From Amoeboaphelidium protococcarum X5 (Eukaryota; Fungi; Aphelidiomycota), in NCBI GenBank assembly GCA_023515725.1, contig JALDTO010000136.1:186001-250000 (forward strand): DNA of 64,000 nt, read 5' to 3'. Positions 55,632 through 64,000 of the stretch are shown piece by piece; position 1 is the stretch's first letter; each line of letters starts with the position of its first letter. Made by a program: the position numbers and the translations under genes. Under the pieces are notes generated by a model that was given only the letters and a program-made list of their open reading frames with translations, had not been told where the DNA came from and ran no database searches.

Positions 55632-56186
55632 TCAGTGTTTACAGCTATCTTTATATAAATGAACGCGTTTGTGGTTAGTGCTATACGTCCGGAGCAAGCA
55701 TGCAGAGATCGCACAATTACCTTTCATCAATGAATTTAATACAGTTACTTGGCGATATTAGGCCTCATTCTTCTCCAACTGACTGCACGGTGAAACGCGT
55801 GCCACACCAAAGTATACATTATCGCCCAACTTTGAGGCATCATAGTTGTACAGCATGACACCATTACACAAAGTGTAATTGTGGCCAGGAGTCTCGGATG
55901 TCTTCTTGATCATGAAAAACATGATCCCATTGTAGGACATTGAGAGACGAGCAAAAGGCACTCTGCCTCTAAACTTTTCAAACAATAGTTCTTCCATCAA
56001 GTCCTGAATGACGTCCAATGAGCACAGAGACGCATCACCACCAAATTAGGATATCTACTGCAACAGCTGCGTCCTAAAGTATAGTGCAGAGAATCCATAA
56101 AAGCACTCGGCGTACACGAAGTCTTTTAAGCACACTTGCAAATACTCTTTCAAATACTCTGTTTGATTATTACACAATGCTGCCAT
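55632..56186 (-). CDS. Hypothetical protein (~184 aa, 3' end uncertain, possible intron)
   Basis: ATG at 56186 is in frame with ORF 55758-56018 when TAR=Q. No family recognised. Confidence 0.5.
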
Positions 56187-56748
56187 GTCACTATCTTGTT
56201 TGCTGTAGAATTTTATAACGCGCAATTAAAGCTAGAAAGTTTGATGATAATTTAGGGGGAAAAGACAAGACTGTCAAAGAGAAACAACTTGTTCACATGA
56301 ACGTAATCAATCGATTTTCGAGCCAATCTAATTATTGGACGCCAAAATCAACCAATCGGATGAATGTAAAATATCTCACATTTACTGAACTCAAAATTTT
56401 TACAAGTCCTTTGGGAAATAAGTTGAAGATATAATTAATATTTTCGATTACAAGTTTAATAGTCAATCGGGAATAAAAATATCAGGATCAGCGACGATCG
56501 GCGACGATCGACGACGCGAGGCTACAAACTGTAGCTCATCTACTGCGCCACCACAGCACATCTTCATCGCCTTGACAATCATAATCGCAACAAGATCTTT
56601 GTGAATGAAAATCAACCTTAACCTTAGGAGGTGATGATATATTGATTGGACTGAAGTTGGTTTTGAAGAAAATTTAAAAGTCGAAACAAAAGGTTAAGAT
56701 TTTTACATAGAATAAAATTATTTTATTTCTCACTTTTCACTTCTTGAC

Positions 56749-59127
56749 TCAGTTACCATATTGCTGTCTTAACGCTTTTGTTGCATTGACCATGTTGACC
56801 AAGGAAGGCATCACCTCTTGCCAGCGTCTCGTTTTCAATCCACAGTCGGGGTTAATCCAAACCCCGACTGCGTCCAAAAATCCACCATCAATGCACAGCT
56901 AAATCTTCTCCTTCATCTCCTCAGATGAAGGGACGCGTGGCGAGTGTATATCATACAATCCAGGTCCAATGGCATTAGTGTACTTGTACTCCTTGAAAGC
57001 ACGCAGCAACTTCAGATCAGAGCGGGCATTCTCAATAGTGATAACATCAGCATCCAGATCCTTGATAGACTAGAAAATGTCATTGAAATCAGAGTAACAA
57101 AAGTGAGAGTGAATCTAAGTCTCATCCTTGACTCCAGTGCTAGACAGCAAGAAAGAGTCGACAGCCCACTTCAAGTACTCACCCCAACCGCTCTTACGCA
57201 GGGTCAAACCTTCACGGATAGCAGGCTCGTCAATCTGAATGACACTGATGCCAGCCTTCTCCAGATCAACAACCTCCTTACGGAGAGCAAGAGCCAATTG
57301 GAAGGAAGTCAGCTTACGTGGCTAGTCATCACGCACAAAAGACCACTGCAACATAGTAACAGGACCAGTCAACATACCCTTCATAATCTTGGTGGTATTC
57401 TGCTGAGCAAACACAGACTCCTTCACAGACATGGCGGAAGGACGGCTGACATCACCATAAATAATTGGAGGCTTCACACAGCGAGAGCCATAGGATTGCA
57501 CCCAACCATTCTCACTAAAGACGTAACCCTTCATCTGCATACCAAAGTACTCAACCATATCGGTACGCTCAAACTCACCGTGCACCAAAACGTCCAAACC
57601 AACTTCCTCTTGACGACGGATACACTCAATAGTCTCCTTCTACAAAAATTGCTCATAAGACTCAGCAGTAATTTCTCCCTTCTTGAAAGCCAGACGAGTC
57701 TTTCTAATCTCAGGAGTCTGAGGGAAGGAGCCAATGGTGGTGGTTGGGAACAGAGGCAGGTTCAGCAACTGTCTTTGTCTCTCGTAACGGACAGCAAAAG
57801 GGCTCTGACGACGCATCATCTAAGGACTAACACGACCCATCTCAGCCTGAACGTTCTAATCGTGAATCAACGAAGAAGTCTTTCTAGCCTAAACAGACTT
57901 CTCGTTGGCAGCCAGCTCAGCTTTGACACTGTCTGGGCCATTATTCAAAGCCTTGGTTAGCACAACCAGCTCGCGCAACTTCTCCACGGAGAAACTCAAC
58001 CAGTCCAAAATCTACTTGTCCATCTTGGTCTCGGCCTCCAGAGAGTATGGAGTGTGCAGGAGAGAACAGCTAGGAGATACGATCAATCTCACAGGAGCCA
58101 TCTCGTTCCCATTGTTGTCCACAGTCTACAGAGATGACTTGATCTTATTCAACAGCTCCAGAGTTGCACCCAAATTGTTCTTCCAGATGTTTCTACCGTC
58201 GATAACACCAGCGGACAAGGTGAAGTTCTTTGGCAAAGCTGCGAGCACAGCGTCCAACTCCTGGGGAGCACGAACCAAATCAACATGCAGACCATCAATC
58301 GGCAATGCAGTGACAATCTTCAAGTTCTCAACCAATTCACCAAAGTAGTTTGCCACCAACAGCTTGGTTGAGCCAGCAGCCTTCTTCAAACGAGCATAAG
58401 CTCTGTCGTACAATGGCTTGTATACAGCCAGGTCCAGATCCAGAGACAAGATAGGCTCATCCAGCTGGATCCACTCAGCACCCAGCTAGTTCAACTTCTG
58501 AAGCAGCTTCTCATACTCAACCAGCAAAGAGTCCAACAAAGACAGACGATCAAACGACAGATCCTCAGAGCTAACCTTACCCAAACGCAGCAAAGTGATA
58601 GGACCAATCAAGACTGGACGCGTCTTGACACCCAAAGCCTTGGCCTCCTCAAACTCGCGCACTGGTTTAGGATTAGCAGACAGAGCAAAAGATTGACCCT
58701 TGAAGAACTCAGGCACAATGTAGTGGTAGTTGGTATCAAACCACTTCTTCATCTCCATAGCAGGAAGATCAACCTTGATGGCAGCATCCTGCGCGCTCTA
58801 CAGACCACGAGCCATAGCAAAGTACTTGGTCAGCTCAACAGTCTCAGCAGAAGCACTCTGGTCCACTTGCATAGTCTAGTAACGCTGAGGAGTGGCACCA
58901 AACAGCAGAATAGAGTCCAGCACCTGATCATAGAAGGAGAAGTCGTTAGAAGGAACAAAGTCGACACCCAGATCCTTCTGCAGCTTCCAGTGCTTCTCGC
59001 GCAAGCTCTTGGCACCAGAGAGCAGAGCCTTCTCATCAATCTTGCTAGCCCAGTAGTTCTCAACCATCTTCTTCAATTCACGGTTCTGGCCGACACGAGG
59101 GAATCCCAAATTGCTAGAGTAGATCAT
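56749..59127 (-). CDS. MET6: Cobalamin-independent methionine synthase, 792 aa
   Basis: [80 protein letters not shown]. Confidence 0.98.
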
Positions 59128-59453
59128 CGTTGTTAATTTCACGTTCTTTGTTAACAGAGTTTAAATAGCTGTATTAAATTGTACACAGTTAGAGAGAGAG
59201 AGAAGAAGAAGAAGAGAAGATGATGGACGCGGAATCGATTAAAATGACGAGACGCGACATTGAGCGAAGAGGTGGCGTTTTCCGTCTTGGTCGCCCGCCT
59301 TACGAATAGACTTTTGCCCGGGTGGCGTTCCTTCCATCGAACGTGCGTGCGTGAACATTGCGATCGTTTCAAATTCGGATCAAGTAAATTCACACTATGA
59401 AACAAAACACTGAGATTCAAGCTATACATTGGAACAATTCACATTGCATATTC

Positions 59454-60452
59454 TCAGTCGTCATCAATCTCCATTTCTTCTTCCTCGTCGTCCTCTTAAC
59501 TCTAAACATGAGTGTTGGCGGAATTAATTGCATAAGGAACGGATTATTAATGATTCAAAACTTGTACTGGGAATAACGCTTATCTTTGAGCCAGAGGAAG
59601 AGATTGCAACTATTTTAGAGACAAAGGAGCTGGCAGTTGTAAAAATACATCTTGATCGGTGTACTAAATGGTTTGCACAACAGCAAAATCATGCCAATCT
59701 ATAGCCATAAACTAAATCTTATTCCTCTCCTTCTACTCCTCCTCTTGCTTCTCCTTCTTAGCAGCATATCTGTTCCAAACGACGCGTTACTTGCAGCGTT
59801 TCAAGACGGAAAACACGTCTTTGCTCTGCTGTGACAGCTAATCTCGAGCAATTTATGGATACTCTTTAATCTATATATACTGTTGTACGTAAGAGTTAAA
59901 TATGGCATGCAAGCTGTGACTTGGATTTAAAAAGCCAAACTACGGGTCGTTGGTATGAGATGACTACAGATCAATCAAAAACTACTCACCTTTGATAGTA
60001 AAGTACTTGGCAGTGAGGAGCATAACGTCTCTATCTAACGCAGATGTTACTTCTTATTAAGGCAGAAATATTAATTCAGGCGGTTAAGTTGGAATAACCT
60101 TCCGTTTACGTTTCTTACTGGATTTCTTGGAGCCTGATTTGCTCTACTAATGAGAATCCACAGTCTCTTACGCGCCACTATCAGATTGCGAACTCTCATG
60201 AGACTTTTCTTATATCTACTGATCTGACTTTTATGCTTAATCATTTTGTGACTGCGCGGTGCTCTCTTGACCATATTTCTATAGCATATGCTGGTAATAA
60301 TCATAATACGGATCATCCGACTGGAGGAAGGAGAATTTCATATTACCAGCTTCTCTAATCTTAATCTTGGCCTCAATTTCACGACCTTTTAATGCCACAT
60401 ACTCTGCAGTTTTGTCCGCAATTTTTCTAATTTCTGGTGGTGGTTTGATCAT
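59454..60452 (-). CDS. PRP21: Splicing factor SF3a subunit Prp21/SF3A1 (two SURP domains), 332 aa
   Basis: PPPEIRKIADKTAEYVA...KFSFLQSDDPYYDYY. Second SURP LTAKYF...QFGFLNPSHSLH. Acidic tail. Confidence 0.85.
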
Positions 60453-60697
60453 AGCGTTCTTATATGGATAAAGTGGTTCAACAAGAACTGCAAGGCTCTC
60501 TAGCGCGAAGGAAAATTTAAATTTAGAATGGGGTTGAGAAGCGAAGATGAGTGCGTACAATATGAAAGGCTAAATATAGAACGCATTTCGATGAATGCTT
60601 TTTATGTAAAATCATTTCATCTTTATAAGCCAATTGAGTGCACGCCATATTGCTATTTTCATAAAGTATTATTGTTAAAAAATCAGTCCATCCCATA

Positions 60698-63271
60698 ATG
60701 AACATCCAATATGTAACAAACTCGTATCATTGCAGCCGCGCGCTAATACGGTAATTAGATGGAATGGTATTGATCACTTGTGTTGTGGCAAACAATAGAA
60801 ATTATGTTGCTGTTATTAATCCCCTTAGTGGCGCAATTGCTTCTGAATGGACATGGGCCACCTCAAATGGGCAAGATCATCTTAGAGACTTTGCTATCAA
60901 CGCGGCGACCGGAAACATTGTCGCAGTGGGTGGCACTGCAGTCAAATCGTAAGGTATCATCTATCCTCAGTCACAAGTCTCAATTTTGAGTTCAACTGGG
61001 TCTCTGCTTGTGGTGAAGTAAATCAGTAGTGGAGGACGAGATACCGAAGTTGCGAAAGCAGTCGCTCTTCACCCTTAGAATGGATCCATATTCGTTGGCG
61101 GTTATACTACAGGACTTCTCCCTTAATCTCAATCGCTTTTAATTAATGGAGGTAATACGTCAGATTTGTATTTGGCTAATTTAGATCCTGTTACTTTGAA
61201 TATAAATTGGATCAAATAATTTGGTAGCAGCGCCAACGGTGACCTTCTATCATCAATTGTCGCTACTAACGATACCGTATTTGTCTGTGGCAGTTTGAGC
61301 CTCCCGTCTGGTTATCGCGGCTTTGTTAACGCGTTTGATTTTGATGGCAATCTGAAGTGGAATTACAGTTTATTTCCAGTAGGCTTTGGCTAGTCTTAGC
61401 AGTTGACAAAGCTCTAAATCTTTGATGAATATTTGTATGTTTCGGGACACGCTAAAGGCCAGTTTAGTAATGTAAGTATGGCCGCGTAGAGCTTGTTTGT
61501 GATTAGATTTAATAGCTTAAACGGCTCTATTGATAACACGTGGCAATTCATATCTTAATCAACCGTAGATTAGACTAGTGCAGACTTTTAAATCGATCCT
61601 TTGACGCGCAATTTGTTACTTTATGGAAACTAACTAGGTACTGATCTACTTATGACTGTGTCTCCGGATGGCGTTATTTTAAAATAGTCGTCGCATTTTA
61701 TCAATGCTGATGCGCGCGGCTTGCTCATCAATAATAATTAGAAGAAATTAGTTTTGACTGGACAAGATGTTTCTGGATTTTATGCGATCTTGGACTTGCC
61801 GTGGTAAGAGATTGCTTCCTCCTCTATTATTCGGCCGATTGCTACATCATCATCAACATTGTTATCTACGCCATCATCGACTGTAAATCTCCCAAGCTCT
61901 ACATCTATCGATGCTTCTTCACCTTCATACTCGAGTACATTGGTTTGGGTAACTGAAAGTTCCCTTGGCACTAATTATAATGCATCACAAAGTATATAAT
62001 CATCTAGTCTTTCCATATTGGTAAATTCAAAGTCTTCTAATTTAGTTACCACCACCATTATAGCGTCATCAGGAACAGGGGTCTCTCCTTCAAGTGCTAG
62101 CATTACTCAGAATAATGTGATATTCACCTATGATACTGCTGTCAAGGACAAACCAATTACTACTACTGCGGCGGCTTCTAATGGTATTGGAGGATCAGTT
62201 GTAAATGTAAATTAGAGCTCCCTATTCCTATATGCTTTGTATGCCGCTATCCCTGTACTATTTCTCATTCTGCTAATTGGTATAATTATGGTTAGAAGGC
62301 GGTTTAAACAGAAAAGAGCGAAGGCACATTAATATAGCAAATAAGCAGTGTCCACCGAGTTTAGTGATGCTAATGGAGTATCTATTGAGCCTAGTAAGTA
62401 TGAAGTCATTGCTCTCAATGAATCCAAATACTCTAAAACTGGATATACTGATCTATTAGGAACAACTCTGTTTAGAACTCAAGGAGAAATTGCCATTCCC
62501 GCCTATCTTAAAATGTAGTACATCAAGGATTTTAAACGAGGGTAACTAATAGCAATTGGTGGTGGTGGAATGATATATTAGTGCCAAGTAATCAGCAATG
62601 AGCTGAAGCAACTTTCGTCTAACCATAGTGCTTTAATTGTCAAAGTGATGTAGAATCACCAAAGTCCTGAGATGATGACTGCTTTCTATCAAGAGCTGTC
62701 TCTATTATAATATTTGAAAAGCTGTCCTCAAGTGGCACAAGTAATTGCTTACACTCCAACACCTCCTTGCATTCTGATGAAGTATTACTAAGCCGGATCT
62801 TTGGCTGATCTCATATCGGGCACTTCAATCATTTGTGATCGAGTTGACTAGTGTCCTAAAACACCAAAAGTTTGGCTAAAAATCATTGGTGATGTTGCAC
62901 GCGGGCTTTAGTTTATTCATAATTTACAAGTTGCCCATTGTGATATAAAGTCGGCCAATATATTGCTGGATGTCACTGAAAACCATTCAATTCAAGTATC
63001 CGCCGTGATTACCGATTTTGGTCTATCTCGCATAGTTGACTCGCAATCGTTGCTCGTTAAAGAGTTCAAAGTATCAAAATTGAAAGGAGGCTCGTATTCC
63101 TACGCATCTCCAGAAGTATTCATGATGCTTGGTAGCCAAAAAGGTGATAGTATTTAGAGTACAAGTTTTGGACAGTTATCTTCCATCGCGTCAGTGCTCA
63201 AGGCGTCCGACACGTTTGCGTTTGCTGTCGTCCTTAATGAGTGTCTAAATCATAGACTTGCTTGGAGGTGA
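60698..63271 (+). CDS. Receptor-like TKL kinase: beta-propeller (SBBP-like) ectodomain, Ser/Thr-rich stalk, one TM helix, non-RD kinase, ~857 aa
   Basis: Repeats SIFVGGYTTG, WIKQFGS, VFVCGS, LYVSGH. TM LYALYAAIPVLFLILLIGIIMV followed by RRRFK. Kinase motifs IAIGGGG, LIVKV, HCDIKSANILL, TDFGLS, YASPE. Confidence 0.85.
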
Positions 63272-63700
63272 TATGATGAGAGTATTTGATGCTTTATTTT
63301 GAACGTTAATATAATTTTGACGCCAATGAGTTTTTAAATCCACAGAGAATAAATATCTTTCTATTTATAGATGCGATGACCGCCTAATGCGTTACATTAG
63401 CGATAGTTTCATAGTTTCGTTTTAACATCATTGTGAGTGACATTAGATGGATGCTATCTCATTCTTCTTCTGTAGCACCAATTTTTAAATTACTGGGGCT
63501 CTTAGATGGCGCAATCAAGTTCCTAAATTTAGACCGGTGATATGTGCAGCTGCGTAGTCGAAGAATTCTATCAGGCTATTAATAGCGCAGCAGCCCAAAT
63601 TTCGCGCCTCCAAGTCTGTTGATTGTCCTCTTTATGATTTTCTTCTATTATTGCATTATAGACTGCATTTATAAGGTGTAAATCAAATATAGAATTGCTA

Positions 63701-64000
63701 ATGAGCGCCATTCAGTTATCTGATACTTCGTCTTGCTAGGCCGTTGCTTATAGAGAAATCGACTCCGTCTTTGTTTTGGCATGTGTACGCTCTCCATATG
63801 GCAATCAATTGGTATTTGTTAATGCGACTAATCTCTCTATAATCTAGCGGGTTGACTGGGATGTGCTCTCATAATATGATTATCTTAATGATGTAGCTAT
63901 CAATTAAACTACTGGTAACGCTATTGCTGTTGGTTACGGTTATTCTGGTGGCGTAGGGCATAAAGCCACTGTGTCTTTAGTGAGTAGGAATGGCTCTGTG
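63701..64000 (+). CDS. Tandem paralogue of the receptor ectodomain (3'-truncated by window)
   Basis: MSAIQLSDTSSCQAVAYREIDSVFVLACV...DYLNDVAINQTTGNAIAVG aligns with MNIQYVTNSYHCSRALIRQLDGMVLITCV...DHLRDFAINAATGNIVAVG of 60698. Confidence 0.75.

Noticed and set aside
56944-57960. 338-aa plus-strand ORF (and similar ORFs opposite RPL13, MLS1 and ARC1)
   Set aside because: These are antisense shadows of codon-biased, highly expressed genes.
59454-59520. PRP21 truncation (no C-terminal Ubl)
   Set aside because: Short Prp21 proteins without the Ubl occur in yeasts, so this is not clearly unusual.

Overview
Gene-dense eukaryotic nuclear DNA with fungus-like genes and a reassigned genetic code: TAA/TAG read as Gln and TGA is the only stop (translation table 6). 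The supplied ORF track is therefore fragmented, and I re-translated by eye with TAR=Q. The code, fungal-type housekeeping genes and short GT...(TG)TAG introns (about 55-80 nt) best fit an aphelid such as Amoeboaphelidium protococcarum (inference). About 32 genes are recognisable: ALG8, CDC73, DDB1/MMS1-like, DPH3, ARC1, LMBRD2-like, SWD1, ADCK1-like, mito IleRS, TPPP, MLS1, LSM1, NSE3, ALKBH8-like, PHO80, STM1-like, ZRT1, RhoGEF, RPL13, NDUFS5, ILV3, VPH1, PAS kinase, YPT7, PX-BAR nexin, MET6, PRP21, receptor-like kinases and orphans. There are also two inverted copies of a ~4.2 kb repeat element. Most notable: (1) a tandem trio of genes fusing a GRDP/DUF1399-like domain to a ubiquitin-like (two genes) or SUMO-like (one gene) domain, each ending in Cys where the terminal Gly should be; (2) a PHO80 cyclin whose likely start ORF ends in CTT-TGA, one base out of frame with the cyclin box, matching the RF2-type +1 frameshift signature; (3) a non-RD receptor-like kinase with no visible signal peptide and a truncated C-lobe, plus a tandem paralogue; (4) the uncharacterised inverted element with a Helitron-like end. 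Coordinates were counted manually and may be off by a few bases.
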